Assembly: GCA_934098735.1 (NCBI GenBank)
Contig: CAKOOS010000004.1
Span: 6,044 to 70,043 of the forward strand
DNA length: 64,000 nt
Direction of reading: 5' to 3'
Source of the DNA: an uncultured Bacilli bacterium
GTDB taxonomy: Bacteria; Bacillota_I; Bacilli_A; RF39; UBA660
Of the stretch, positions 31,477 to 41,845 are shown one piece after another. Under the pieces are notes generated by a model. It saw only the letters and a program-made list of their open reading frames with translations. It was not told where the DNA came from and ran no database searches. Every line of letters starts with the position of its first letter. The first letter of the stretch is position 1. The position numbers were made by a program, and so were the translations under genes.

Positions 31477-34326
31477 TTAACCCACCTTTCTTATATTATT
31501 TATTATAATGCTATATTTGTCAAACCTTTTTGTTACTTCTCCATTTATGAAAACTAAATCTCCGATTTTAATATTTGTTAACATATTATAATTAGCTGGA
31601 AATAAAGTAAAATCTCCGAAAGCAGTTTCATCACTAGCTGATAAAAAAGCCATATTTTCATTTTTCTTTGTTTTTATTTGATTTATTTTTTCTATTAAAA
31701 CAACCATTTTTACCTTTTTAAAAACATTTTCTTTAAGATGTTCTAATTTTGTTATATCTGAAGATTTATATTTAATGCTCGGATGGTTACTAATATAAAA
31801 GCCATAGCTATCAAGTTCATCTTGTCTTAAAATATCTTCACTATATTCAGGCATTTCTACAAGCAAAGGCTTTTTAATTAAACCAGAATCATCAGCTAAA
31901 GAGGCATAATTTAGGGCACTATCAATATTTTTTAATAAAGCATTTCTAGTTAAATTAAAATTATCTAGTGCTCCCCCTTTTATTAAAGTTGTAAGATTAT
32001 CTTTATTTATAAATTCTTTATTTTTATAACAAAAATCACACAAATCACTATATTTTTCGCCACGATTATAAATTATTTTATTAGCTAGTTCTTTTGATAT
32101 ATTCTTTATTTGCCATAAAGGCATAATAAGCTTATTTTCATAAATATAAAAATTTTCTTTGCTATAATTTACATTTGGTTTTATTAAAAATATATCTTTA
32201 CTTTTTAAATAACTTATATATTCATTAAAATTATTATCTTTATTATTTAACATTTCTATTAAGTAATGAGCTGGATAATAGACCTTTAAATAAGCCATTT
32301 GGTAAGCTATAAGGGCATAGGCAACAGAATGGGATTTATTAAAGCCATAACTAGCAAATTCTGCTATTTGTCCATAAATGATTTTTGCTTTGTGGGCATC
32401 ATAGCCATTTTGGATTGCTCTTTTAACAAAGTTTTCTTCTTCTTTTTTTATTATTTCTTCTTTTTTCTTTGATATTGCTCGGCGAATTAAATCTGCTTCT
32501 TTATAGGAATATCCTCCGACTTTTTTTAATATGGAAAGTATTTGCTCTTGATAAATAAGTATTCCATAAGTACTTTTAAGTATATCCTCTAAAGAATCGT
32601 CAATATAGGTAATATTTTTTAATTTATTTTTACGTAATATATACTCTTCTGCTTGACTTCGTGGGCCAGGTCTTCCTAAAGCTACTCCAGCAACTAAATC
32701 CTCAAATGAAGTTGGTTTAAGACGAACAATTAAATTTTTCATTAAATTAGTTTCAAATTGAAAAATACCTTCTGTTTTACCAGATGCAAATAAAGCAAAA
32801 ACTTTTGGATCGTTTAAAGAAATATCTTTTAAAACATTTGTTTTTAATGAAGATAAGATATGTGCTATAGTTGTTAAATTTTTTATTCCCAAAAAATCCA
32901 TTTTTAATAGTCCTAATTTTTCTAAATATTCTAAAGTTACACCAGTAATTATGGTATTATTTTCATAATGAATTGGTATTACTTCATCTAGTTTAACACT
33001 TGAAATAACTACTCCAGCAGCATGAATTGATGTATTTTTTTTAAGTCCTTCTAAATGCATAGATATTAAATAAAGATCTTTTATACTTGGGTAATTATCA
33101 ATATATTTTTTAATAATGTTATTTCCTAAATTTTCTTTTAAAGTTAAAGACGAATTAATATTTCCAATAAATTTCTCAAGTAAATCTGGAGATATTTTCG
33201 TAATTTTACCTACTTCTCTTAAAACCAAACGGCTTTTTAAAGTATTGAATGTAAGTCCTAAAGCAACATTATCGTGACCATACTTGTTTTTTACATACTC
33301 AATTACATCTTCTCTTTTTGTAGCATCAAAATCTACATCAATATCGGGCATGGTTACACGAGCTGGATTTAAAAAACGCTCAAATAATAAATCATATTTT
33401 AAAGGATCAATATCTGTTATACCTATAGAGTAACTTACTAGTGATCCTGCAGCAGATCCTCTTCCCGGTCCTACTAAAATATTATTTTTTTTAGCATACA
33501 AAACATAATCATATACAATTAAGAAATAATCTACAAAACCCATGTTTGATATTATATCTAATTCATAGTTTAAACGATTCAAATAATTTGAATCTGGAGT
33601 CTTATTTAACCTTTTTGTTAAACCTTTTAAAGCTAACTTTCTTAAAAAATCTTCAGAATTTATATCTTTATTATATTTAGGAATATAATAGTTATCTAAA
33701 GGTATTTCAACATTTAAAAATGATACTACTTCTTTTATTTTTTCTTTATCAATAAATTTATAATCATGATAGTAATTAGAAGTGTAATTTAAAGGTTCTT
33801 CTTTTTTTATTAAATCTAAATATTTTAAATATTTTAAATCTTCAGGATTTAATACTTTTATATTCTCAACATATACAGAATTATCTGTAATTTCAAGACA
33901 TTTTATTTTCTCTTCTTCAGTGTGATATCCAAGATATAATTTAGGTGCAAAACTTACATCATTTAAAAGTTCCAAACTAGAAAAAGGTAATATCATTAAT
34001 ATATTATCTTTATATTCTTTTAACTTTTCTATATCTAATATATTTTTTTCTATCAATGTATTAATTTTAAGAAGATTTAAAAATCCTTGATAGTTCATTG
34101 CATATAAATATATGTCTTTTGCAAATATTTGAGCATTTAGTCCAATTATGGGCTTAATATTATTACTTTTACAATTAAAATAAAAATCAAAAACGCCATA
34201 AAGATTATCATCACATATACCACAAGCAGAAATATTATTACAAGTTAAAAAATTAATTAAGTTTGGAATCTTAATTAGACTTTTTAATAGAGAATAATCT
34301 GTTGTAACTTTAAGTGGTATATACAT
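31477..34326 (-). CDS. dnaE: DNA polymerase III alpha subunit DnaE (short form, 949 aa). The usual PHP histidines are replaced (YIPLKVTTDYS).
   Basis: GPGRGSAAGSLVSYSIGITDIDP...PDIDVDF polymerase signature. The stop lies 1 nt before the polC start. Confidence 0.8.
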   Translation of the reverse strand: MYIPLKVTTDYSLLKSLIKIPNLINFLTCNNISACGICDDNLYGVFDFYFNCKSNNIKPIIGLNAQIFAKDIYLYAMNYQGFLNLLKINTLIEKNILDIEKLKEYKDNILMILPFSSLELLNDVSFAPKLYLGYHTEEEKIKCLEITDNSVYVENIKVLNPEDLKYLKYLDLIKKEEPLNYTSNYYHDYKFIDKEKIKEVVSFLNVEIPLDNYYIPKYNKDINSEDFLRKLALKGLTKRLNKTPDSNYLNRLNYELDIISNMGFVDYFLIVYDYVLYAKKNNILVGPGRGSAAGSLVSYSIGITDIDPLKYDLLFERFLNPARVTMPDIDVDFDATKREDVIEYVKNKYGHDNVALGLTFNTLKSRLVLREVGKITKISPDLLEKFIGNINSSLTLKENLGNNIIKKYIDNYPSIKDLYLISMHLEGLKKNTSIHAAGVVISSVKLDEVIPIHYENNTIITGVTLEYLEKLGLLKMDFLGIKNLTTIAHILSSLKTNVLKDISLNDPKVFALFASGKTEGIFQFETNLMKNLIVRLKPTSFEDLVAGVALGRPGPRSQAEEYILRKNKLKNITYIDDSLEDILKSTYGILIYQEQILSILKKVGGYSYKEADLIRRAISKKKEEIIKKEEENFVKRAIQNGYDAHKAKIIYGQIAEFASYGFNKSHSVAYALIAYQMAYLKVYYPAHYLIEMLNNKDNNFNEYISYLKSKDIFLIKPNVNYSKENFYIYENKLIMPLWQIKNISKELANKIIYNRGEKYSDLCDFCYKNKEFINKDNLTTLIKGGALDNFNLTRNALLKNIDSALNYASLADDSGLIKKPLLVEMPEYSEDILRQDELDSYGFYISNHPSIKYKSSDITKLEHLKENVFKKVKMVVLIEKINQIKTKKNENMAFLSASDETAFGDFTLFPANYNMLTNIKIGDLVFINGEVTKRFDKYSIIINNIRKVG

Positions 34327-34426
34327 AACTTCTCCCTTTAATTAATTATATCACGCCTAGATTTATAAATTAAGTATTATTTACAATGTTTTAATTATTT
34401 TGGTTATACTAATAATGGTGATATAG

Positions 34427-35071
34427 TTGAATAAGGAAAAAGTAAAAAGATTAATTTGCCAGTGCATTTGGTTATTTATCGTTGGGGCCTTTTTAGGATT
34501 TCTTTTTGAAACTCTTTGGTGTTATATAAAAACTGGTGAACTTATAAATAAACAAGGACTTTGGTATGGACCATTTAAACCAATATATGGAATAGGATTA
34601 ATTTTATTTACTGTTTTTCTTTATAAAATTAAAGATAAAAATATTATATTTTTGTTTTTGGGTGGGGTTATTATAGGAAGTGTTTTTGAATATGCTGCTT
34701 CCCTTTTCCAAGAATATTCATTTGGTACTTCGACTTGGTCTTACAAGAGATTAAGTAATAACCTAAATGGAAGAATTTATTTACCCTATTCTTTAGCATG
34801 GGGAGCTATATCTGTTATCTGGCTAAAATATGGGATTAATTTATTTAAAAAGACATTTAATAAGATATATGGTAAAAAATTTAGAATTCTTACAATAATT
34901 ATTTCCATTTTTATGATTTATAATATAAGTCTTACAACTTTGATTGTACATAGATATGCAGAAAGAATGAAAAATATTAATAGTAATAATATTATAAATA
35001 AATATTTAGATAAAAAATATCCAAGTTGGAAAATTAAAAAGAAATTCCCTAATTTAAAGGTAAAAAAGTAG
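34427..35071 (+). CDS. Hypothetical polytopic membrane protein
   Basis: Four or more predicted transmembrane helices. No recognisable domain. Confidence 0.3.
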   Translation: MNKEKVKRLICQCIWLFIVGAFLGFLFETLWCYIKTGELINKQGLWYGPFKPIYGIGLILFTVFLYKIKDKNIIFLFLGGVIIGSVFEYAASLFQEYSFGTSTWSYKRLSNNLNGRIYLPYSLAWGAISVIWLKYGINLFKKTFNKIYGKKFRILTIIISIFMIYNISLTTLIVHRYAERMKNINSNNIINKYLDKKYPSWKIKKKFPNLKVKK

Positions 35072-35137
35072 CTATTTATTTGACAAACATAAAATATAAT
35101 GATAAAATTTGGAAGTAAACGAAAAGGAGTGAGAATA

Positions 35138-35308
35138 ATGGCTACAAAAGTAACTACTAAAAAACCTTTAACTGGTAATAGAAGATCACATGCTTTAAAT
35201 GCAACTAAAATGACACAAAAACCTAATTTACAAAAGAAAACTATTAATGGAGAAAAAGTAATCATTAGTGCTAGAGAAGCAAGAACTTTAAATAAAAAAG
35301 CTGCTTAA
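35138..35308 (+). CDS. rpmB: 50S ribosomal protein L28. The true start is the internal MATKV, preceded by an AAAGGAG Shine-Dalgarno; the track ORF begins 39 nt earlier.
   Basis: MATKVTTKKPLTGNRRSHALNATK is a canonical L28 sequence. Confidence 0.85.
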   Translation: MATKVTTKKPLTGNRRSHALNATKMTQKPNLQKKTINGEKVIISAREARTLNKKAA

Positions 35309-35396
35309 TTAAATAAAGCAACTTTTTTTGTATATTATTTTATTTACTGTATATAATATTAGTATCAAGGAAGAATTATTTCCTTGATTATATAAA

Positions 35397-35430
35397 TCGA
35401 CGGGATTATTTATTCTCCCGTCTTTTTTAT
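35397..35430. terminator. Rho-independent terminator GACGGGA-loop-TCCCGTC followed by a T run, after rpmB
   Basis: Read from the sequence. Confidence 0.6.
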
Positions 35431-36512
35431 TTTTCTTTTGAAATACTTAATATAATTCCTACACTTATCATACTTACAAGCAAACTTGATCCTCCATAAG
35501 AAAAAAATGGTAGTGTTACACCTGTAACAGGAATTAAACCTATAACAACACAAATATTTAATAATGCTTGAATAATAATACCAAATCCTAAGCCAAAAGA
35601 AAGATATTTATAAAATAAATTTTCTGTTTTCATAGAAATACGCACAATGCGGTAAAAAAGAAAGCCAAAAAAGAAAGTTACAATTAAAATACCTAAAAAT
35701 CCAAACTCTTCAGAAATAATTGAAAAAATAAAATCTGTCTGAGGTTCTGGTAAATAAAATTGCTTTTGACGACTATTTAAAAAGCCTTGTCCTAATAAAC
35801 CTCCTGGTCCAATAGCATAAAGTGATTGTATTATTTGATACCCACTTCCTAAAGGATCTACCCAGGGATTTAAAAAAGATACTATTCTTAGCATACGATA
35901 TGGAGCCATAATTATAAGTCCTACAATTCCCAAAAGACCAAGTAATCCAATCTTAAAGAAAAAGGACATTTTTACTCCTGAAATAAATAGAATTGCAGTT
36001 AAAGTTATAACTATTACCATAGCAGTACCAAAATCTGGTTCAAGCATTATTAAAATAAAAAATATACCTATTACAAGTAAGATAGGAAATACTCCTTTTT
36101 TTATATCTTTAATTATTCTTCTGTTATTAGCTAAATATTTAGAAATATAAATAACTAACCCTATTTTAGCAAATTCGCTGGGCTGGATACCAAAACCTCC
36201 AAAACCAAACCAGCTTCTGCTTCCATTTCTTACTTGACCTAATCCTGGTATTAAAACAAGAGCTAGTAATATAAAACATATTAATAAAATTAAATTAGCT
36301 TTTTCATAATATATGTGAGGATTTATTTTTTTTAAAATAAAGACTAAAAATAGTGACATTATAAAAAAAGCACCTTGAGCTTTAACAAATTTAAAAGCAT
36401 CATTATATTTATATTGAGCCCAAACTGAACTAGCTGAATAAATCATGATAATTCCAAATACAGCTATAATAATGACTATGATTAAAAGCCATTTATCAGT
36501 CTTCTTTGGCAT
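35427..36512 (-). CDS. ftsW: FtsW/RodA/SpoVE family peptidoglycan glycosyltransferase. The likely start is MPKKTDKW.
   Basis: SEDS family polytopic membrane protein in the dcw position downstream of mraY. Confidence 0.75.
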   Translation of the reverse strand: MPKKTDKWLLIIVIIIAVFGIIMIYSASSVWAQYKYNDAFKFVKAQGAFFIMSLFLVFILKKINPHIYYEKANLILLICFILLALVLIPGLGQVRNGSRSWFGFGGFGIQPSEFAKIGLVIYISKYLANNRRIIKDIKKGVFPILLVIGIFFILIMLEPDFGTAMVIVITLTAILFISGVKMSFFFKIGLLGLLGIVGLIIMAPYRMLRIVSFLNPWVDPLGSGYQIIQSLYAIGPGGLLGQGFLNSRQKQFYLPEPQTDFIFSIISEEFGFLGILIVTFFFGFLFYRIVRISMKTENLFYKYLSFGLGFGIIIQALLNICVVIGLIPVTGVTLPFFSYGGSSLLVSMISVGIILSISKEK

Positions 36513-36568
36513 AATATCCCCCCATAAAAAAGTATGAAAAAAAAGAAGCATATATTACTATATACTTC

Positions 36569-37561
36569 TTATAACCAAACACCGTAAGTGATAGCAGCCA
36601 TTGCTAAAATAAACCCTATTACCCAAAACATTTTTATAATATCTTGTTCTTCCCATCCTAATTCTTCAAAGTGATGATGAAGTGGTGCTTTTAAAAATAC
36701 TTTTTTATTGAAATAGCGAATAGCTATTATTTGAATTAAACTACTAAGAGTTTCTACTACAAATACTCCACCAATAATAGCAAGAGAAACTTCATGTCTA
36801 GAAACAATAGCAATACTAGCTAAAGCTCCCCCTAAAGCTAAAGAGCCTAAATCTCCCATGAATATTCGAGCTGGATGAGTATTAAAAACTAAAAATCCTA
36901 CTAAAGCCCCAACTAATAAAAAACAAAAAATAGCAATTTCTTGATAGCCTTCTAGCCAACCGGCATTCCAACTAATAACTCCGTAAGCAAAAAAGGCAAT
37001 TGCTGATAAACCACCAGCCAAACCATCTAAGCCGTCAGTAATATTTACAGCATTTGTTGTTCCGACAAGTAAAAATAAAATAAATAATCCAAATGTCCAT
37101 CCTAAGTTAATATATACATTTAAGAATGATATGCTAAGTACTGGCTCTCCGCCGCCTTTCATAAATAAATAAAAGAAAACTAAAGCTATAATCATTTGGA
37201 CTAGAAATTTTGTTACTAGACTAATACCATTATTATTATGGTATTTTACTTTTAAAAAATCATCAACAAATCCAAGTAAACCATAAGCTAAGAAAACAAA
37301 TACGACGATAATTAAATTATAACTTATGGATATACTCCCTTTAATATAAAGTAATATTAAGGATACGATTACGGGAATGATGAAAATAATTCCTCCCATT
37401 GTTGGAGTTCCTTCTTTTTTTAAATGTCTTTCGCTTATTAATTTACTAACTGATTGGCCTAGATGCATTTTTTTAAAAAGAGGAACAACTATTAATCCTG
37501 TAATTAAAGATAAAATAAAGCCTAACATTAAAGCCATTGCAGCTTTAGCTAAAATTAGCAT
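36569..37561 (-). CDS. mraY: Phospho-N-acetylmuramoyl-pentapeptide transferase
   Basis: MraY motifs (NAVNITDGLDGLA, HHHFE). Confidence 0.9.
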   Translation of the reverse strand: MLILAKAAMALMLGFILSLITGLIVVPLFKKMHLGQSVSKLISERHLKKEGTPTMGGIIFIIPVIVSLILLYIKGSISISYNLIIVVFVFLAYGLLGFVDDFLKVKYHNNNGISLVTKFLVQMIIALVFFYLFMKGGGEPVLSISFLNVYINLGWTFGLFILFLLVGTTNAVNITDGLDGLAGGLSAIAFFAYGVISWNAGWLEGYQEIAIFCFLLVGALVGFLVFNTHPARIFMGDLGSLALGGALASIAIVSRHEVSLAIIGGVFVVETLSSLIQIIAIRYFNKKVFLKAPLHHHFEELGWEEQDIIKMFWVIGFILAMAAITYGVWL

Positions 37562-37638
37562 ATCCTCACCTCTTTTTTATTATACTATAATTTTATATTG
37601 CTTTTTATTTTTGATGCCTTTTTTTACATTTTTTGACA

Positions 37639-39543
37639 TTAATTAAGCATAACTACTACTGTACCATTTTCTTTAGCATACATTCCTCCACTTGGTGATT
37701 GATAAATTACATTTTCACCAGTACCACTATACTCTATTTTAAAGCCTTTTAAAACCTTTTTAGCTTCATCAACGCTTAAACCTACAACATCAGGTACTGT
37801 AACATATTTTTGATCTAACCAAGTATATTCTTTTGGTATTCCATTTGTATCTGGCTTAATATTTAAAATATCAATTGCACTTAAGAAAATATTTCGGGCA
37901 ATTGGAGCTGCTACAGTGCCCCCGTATTGAACTACCCCTTTTGCATTTTGAACAGCAACATAAACAACAATTTCTGGATCGTCCGCAGGCATAAAGCCTA
38001 TAAATGATAAAATATATTTACTAGATGAATAAACTCCATTTTCAACAGTTTGAGCTGTTCCTGTTTTTCCTCCTATTCGATAATTTTCTATATATGCATT
38101 ATGTCCTGAACCTTTAGCTACAACACTTTCTAAAGCATATTTTACCAAATCAGATGTTTCTTTACTTATGACATTTTTTTCGGCAACTGGTTCATTACTT
38201 TTAATAATTGAATTTGTTTCAGGTTCTAGATAATTTTTAACTATGTATGGTTTGTATAAAGTTCCTCCGTTTACTACAGCACTAACTGCCCTTATTTGCT
38301 GAATTGGCGTTACACTTATTCCTTGTCCAAAAGCTGTTGTTGCAAGTTCTACGTTTCCCATTTTATTTAAAGAAAATAGTATTCCAGAAGCTTCGCCATT
38401 TAAATCTATACCTGTTTTACTTCCAAAGCCAAAGTCTTTAATATAGCCCATCAATTTTTCTTTTTGAAGCATTAATCCTAAATTGACAAATCCTGGGTTA
38501 CAAGAATTTTCAACGACTTCTAAATAAGTTTGATTACCGTGGCCACCATGCTTCCAACAATGAAGTGTTGCTCCGTCAACAGTTATTGCTCCTGTATCTG
38601 TGTAACGATCTTCAAAAATATTAATAAGTTTTTCTTCAATAGCTGATGTTAAAGTAATTATTTTAAATGTTGATCCTGGTTCAAATGTCATCCATATAGG
38701 TAAATTTCTATTTATTACTTCTGTATCATAGTCTTTATATTTATTACTATTAAAATTTGGTCTACTTGACATAGCTAAAATTTCTCCGGTTTTAGGATTC
38801 ATTGCTATGGCCATAACACTATCAGGATTGTATTTGCTAACAACATTATCTAGTTCATTTTCCATGACCAGTTGTAAATCTAAATCAATAGTAAGTTCTA
38901 AAGTTATTCCACTTGTTGGTGCTTCATATATTTCTGCTAAATCAAGTTTATGACCTTTTCCATCTGAAAAATATTTTATTCCTCCATCTTCACCAGTTAA
39001 ATAATCATCATAGTAAAGCTCTAATCCAGATAAGCCCTGATTATCAATACCTACATATCCTAAAACATGACTTAAAAGTGTTTTGTATGGATAGTATCTT
39101 TTACTTTCTTTAACTAAATAAACTCCATCTAATTTTAAAGCATCTATTTTTTCGGCAATTTCATAACTTAGTCCTCTACCCTCTGGATGTACTCTTTCTA
39201 TGGATGTTTTTTTAGAAACATGTTTTAACATATCTTCGTAATCACTATTTAAAATTTCACTTAAACTCTTGGCAGTTTTTTCTTTATCTTTAATTTGATT
39301 AGGAATTACTACTAAACTTGTAGTTGTAATATTAGTAGCTAGTTCTTTTCCATTTCTATCTACGATTTTGCCTCGATCAGCAGAAATAGGAAGCTGTCTA
39401 CTCCATAAAGACTCAGCAAGTGTATTTAGTTTTTTATAAGAAAATACCTGAATATAAAATACTCTACCAATTGCTATTACTAAAATTAAAATTACAATCA
39501 AAAAAACATATCTAATTCTTGTGTGTATATTATTATAAAACAT
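37639..39543 (-). CDS. spoVD: Class B penicillin-binding protein, SpoVD/PBP2B-like, with one C-terminal PASTA domain. The start is the internal MFYNN, preceded by GAGGG; the upstream ATG at 39591 lies inside a terminator hairpin.
   Basis: Transpeptidase motifs SxxK (STFK), SxN and KTGT, plus a PASTA domain. Confidence 0.8.
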   Translation of the reverse strand: MFYNNIHTRIRYVFLIVILILVIAIGRVFYIQVFSYKKLNTLAESLWSRQLPISADRGKIVDRNGKELATNITTTSLVVIPNQIKDKEKTAKSLSEILNSDYEDMLKHVSKKTSIERVHPEGRGLSYEIAEKIDALKLDGVYLVKESKRYYPYKTLLSHVLGYVGIDNQGLSGLELYYDDYLTGEDGGIKYFSDGKGHKLDLAEIYEAPTSGITLELTIDLDLQLVMENELDNVVSKYNPDSVMAIAMNPKTGEILAMSSRPNFNSNKYKDYDTEVINRNLPIWMTFEPGSTFKIITLTSAIEEKLINIFEDRYTDTGAITVDGATLHCWKHGGHGNQTYLEVVENSCNPGFVNLGLMLQKEKLMGYIKDFGFGSKTGIDLNGEASGILFSLNKMGNVELATTAFGQGISVTPIQQIRAVSAVVNGGTLYKPYIVKNYLEPETNSIIKSNEPVAEKNVISKETSDLVKYALESVVAKGSGHNAYIENYRIGGKTGTAQTVENGVYSSSKYILSFIGFMPADDPEIVVYVAVQNAKGVVQYGGTVAAPIARNIFLSAIDILNIKPDTNGIPKEYTWLDQKYVTVPDVVGLSVDEAKKVLKGFKIEYSGTGENVIYQSPSGGMYAKENGTVVVMLN

Positions 39544-39750
39544 ATTATCCCTCGAATAATTATATGTTTTATTAAAATTAAAAAAAACCATTTTATTTAA
39601 AATGGCTCATTTAATGAATTATGTTTACTTTTTTGTTTTCCATCTTGTCATGCCAATAATTACTTGATTCAATAGTTTTATAAATTAATAATTTTTTAAA
39701 GTGCTACTTTTCCACTATAGTCTATTATTTAAATACAATTTTTAATTTTT

Positions 39751-40218
39751 TTAGTATAATTTTAAATTCCATCTTAATTTTTCATCTTGATTTTCATTTT
39801 CTTCATATACCATTTCATTAATTTCTTCATTTTTAAAAACTTCTAATAATTTATCAAAATCATCTGCAAGTTTTGTATTTTTTAGTTCATCTTCGTCTAT
39901 CCAATATATTTTACCTTCCGACGTTTCCGAAATAATATCACCACTATAATCATCTGATGTAAATAAAATAATTAATTGTCTTTCTTTTTCCTTTTTGTCA
40001 TACCAATCTTTGACTCCGCATATTTTAACAGAATTTAATTTTAATCCAGTTTCTTCATATACTTCTCTTTTAACTGAAGGAACAATACTTTCTCCTAGTT
40101 CTATTTTTCCTCCTGGAAAAGCAACACCTTTCCAACTTTTTATTCTTTCTTGTACTAATACTTTTTTTGTAGTTGGATCAATAATTTTGCACATATTCAT
40201 TAATTTTACATTTTCCAT
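39751..40218 (-). CDS. NUDIX hydrolase
   Basis: NUDIX box GGKIELGESIVPSVKREVYEETGL. Confidence 0.7.
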   Translation of the reverse strand: MENVKLMNMCKIIDPTTKKVLVQERIKSWKGVAFPGGKIELGESIVPSVKREVYEETGLKLNSVKICGVKDWYDKKEKERQLIILFTSDDYSGDIISETSEGKIYWIDEDELKNTKLADDFDKLLEVFKNEEINEMVYEENENQDEKLRWNLKLY

Positions 40219-40470
40219 TTTTTCTCCTTTTTTGTTTTAATATTAAAAAGAGGTTCTAAAAAAGAACCTCCTCCTCCAAATTAAATTCAAACTACATAAT
40301 ATAACAACTTTTGTTTATTTTAACATTCTCGCTCAATTATGTCAACACACATTATAAAAAAACATAGTTATTAATTTTAATTATCTCAACAAATAAATTG
40401 TCAAATCTATAATTTTAATAATGTTGAGATTGTGTAATTTATATTTTGTTTATGAAAAATTTAGAAATAA

Positions 40471-40872
40471 TTAAGTATTTATCCCATTAGACTGAAAATA
40501 CACTCCAACATCATTAGCAAGTAATTCTTGTGTATATTTGATACTATCAGATAAATTTCTAGAAAATCTAGAAACTTCTTTTGTAACTATTAAATCAAAA
40601 TAGCTAGATTTAGCATCATCAATCATTTGTAAAAATTTTTTTCTTCGTTTAACAGTGCTACCGCTAATACCTTCATCTATGTAACCATTTTACAAACTTC
40701 ATCATATTGTTGTTCAGTTATTACACCTTGATCATATAATTTTTTATTTATTATTAATTCATATTCAAGGATTGTTATTCTTGGAGTTTCAAATATATAA
40801 AAATGCCTCCACTAATGGAAGTGTATGATTTTAAGATAAATCTAATTACTGATTGTATTTTATTTGACATTT
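40471..40872 (-). pseudogene. Remnant of a serine recombinase (resolvase/invertase catalytic domain), frameshifted and truncated. Frame A gives ...ETPRITILEYELIINKKLYDQGVITEQQYDEVCKMVT*. Frame B gives NGYIDEGISGSTVKRRKKFLQMIDDAKSSYFDLIVTKEVSRFSRNLSDSIKYTQELLANDVGVYFQSNGINT*.
   Basis: Hand translation of the minus strand. Frame B matches the resolvase core (D-G-SG ... R-x-x-L ... D-x-V-V-x-x-x-x-R-x-x-R ... GV-x-F). There are stops in all frames upstream, and no C-terminal recombinase or zinc-ribbon domains follow. Confidence 0.55.
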
Positions 40873-40883
40873 TTATTTAATAT

Positions 40884-41294
40884 TTAAAAATATGTTTTTT
40901 TTAATTTTTTTGACATTTTTTCATCATCAACTGAATGTATTGAATGATTTCCTAATTTACAGAAATTTCTTACTTCTTGTTTGATTTTTCTTACTTTGTT
41001 TTCTGTTGAAAAAACATAAAAAAGTTTCACAAAATTAATTTTACTATTAAAACAAGAATTCATTTTATATTTTATTCCTTCCCAATCATTATTGGCATTG
41101 CCAATCCATGACTCTCCTTGATATAAAGTATAGATTAATCTAAATTTTTCTTTTTCGTCTAATTCTTTTTGCTTTTCATCAATAACTATTAAATTGTTTT
41201 TTATTAAATTTTCTATGAATTCCCAATTATCAAAACAAGCTGGAAATAAAACCAACATATAATGTTGCATATTTTTACTATTGTATAATCTCAA
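40884..41294 (-). CDS. Hypothetical protein
   Basis: 136 aa. It overlaps the histidine phosphatase gene by 17 nt. No recognisable motif. Confidence 0.3.
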   Translation of the reverse strand: MRLYNSKNMQHYMLVLFPACFDNWEFIENLIKNNLIVIDEKQKELDEKEKFRLIYTLYQGESWIGNANNDWEGIKYKMNSCFNSKINFVKLFYVFSTENKVRKIKQEVRNFCKLGNHSIHSVDDEKMSKKLKKTYF

Positions 41295-41796
41295 TTATTT
41301 CAGCTGGAGATATACATTCGACTCCAGTTATTGATTGAATTGCCATTTGATGAAAAACAAAAATAATACATTCATAATTACTATATTTCTTAATTACTCC
41401 TTGAATTCTTTTTTTCAAATGTTCTTTTGATTCCCAGTTTACTATTCTATCAACTGGTGGAATACCATTATTTTTAATATAATCTTTATAATATTCTTTC
41501 ATTTCTTTAGCCTTATATTGATATGTATTATCAGGTTCCCACTCTCTCAAATCAGGTTCTATTTTTATATCTAATCCTGTTTCTTTTGATATAATTGCAG
41601 CTGTTTGCAATGCCCTAGTATATGGTGAAGACACAATAAGTGTTGCTTCTTTTAAACGTGGATCTTTAGCTGTCTTTATTACATCTTCAATGTACTCTTC
41701 ACCTAATTTAGCCAAGTCATGTCCATGTCCAATGAAATTATGGGAATCGCCATAACTATAGTCTGCTTTACCATGTCGTATCATAAAAATTTTCAT
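41278..41796 (-). CDS. Histidine phosphatase (phosphoglycerate mutase-like) family protein
   Basis: RHG catalytic motif at the N-terminus (MKIFMIRHGKADYS) and a downstream His. Confidence 0.7.
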   Translation of the reverse strand: MKIFMIRHGKADYSYGDSHNFIGHGHDLAKLGEEYIEDVIKTAKDPRLKEATLIVSSPYTRALQTAAIISKETGLDIKIEPDLREWEPDNTYQYKAKEMKEYYKDYIKNNGIPPVDRIVNWESKEHLKKRIQGVIKKYSNYECIIFVFHQMAIQSITGVECISPAEIIEIIQ

Positions 41797-41845
41797 ATAT
41801 TCATCTCCTTAATTTTAATAGCTTGCATATGTGCTCGCTATCATA

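Noticed and set aside
40800-40872. MSNKIQSVIRFILKSYTSISGG... as the intact N-terminus (catalytic Ser region) of the recombinase remnant
   Set aside because: It does not align convincingly with the Y-x-R-V-S-T motif and is terminated by in-frame stops. It is treated only as part of the decayed region.
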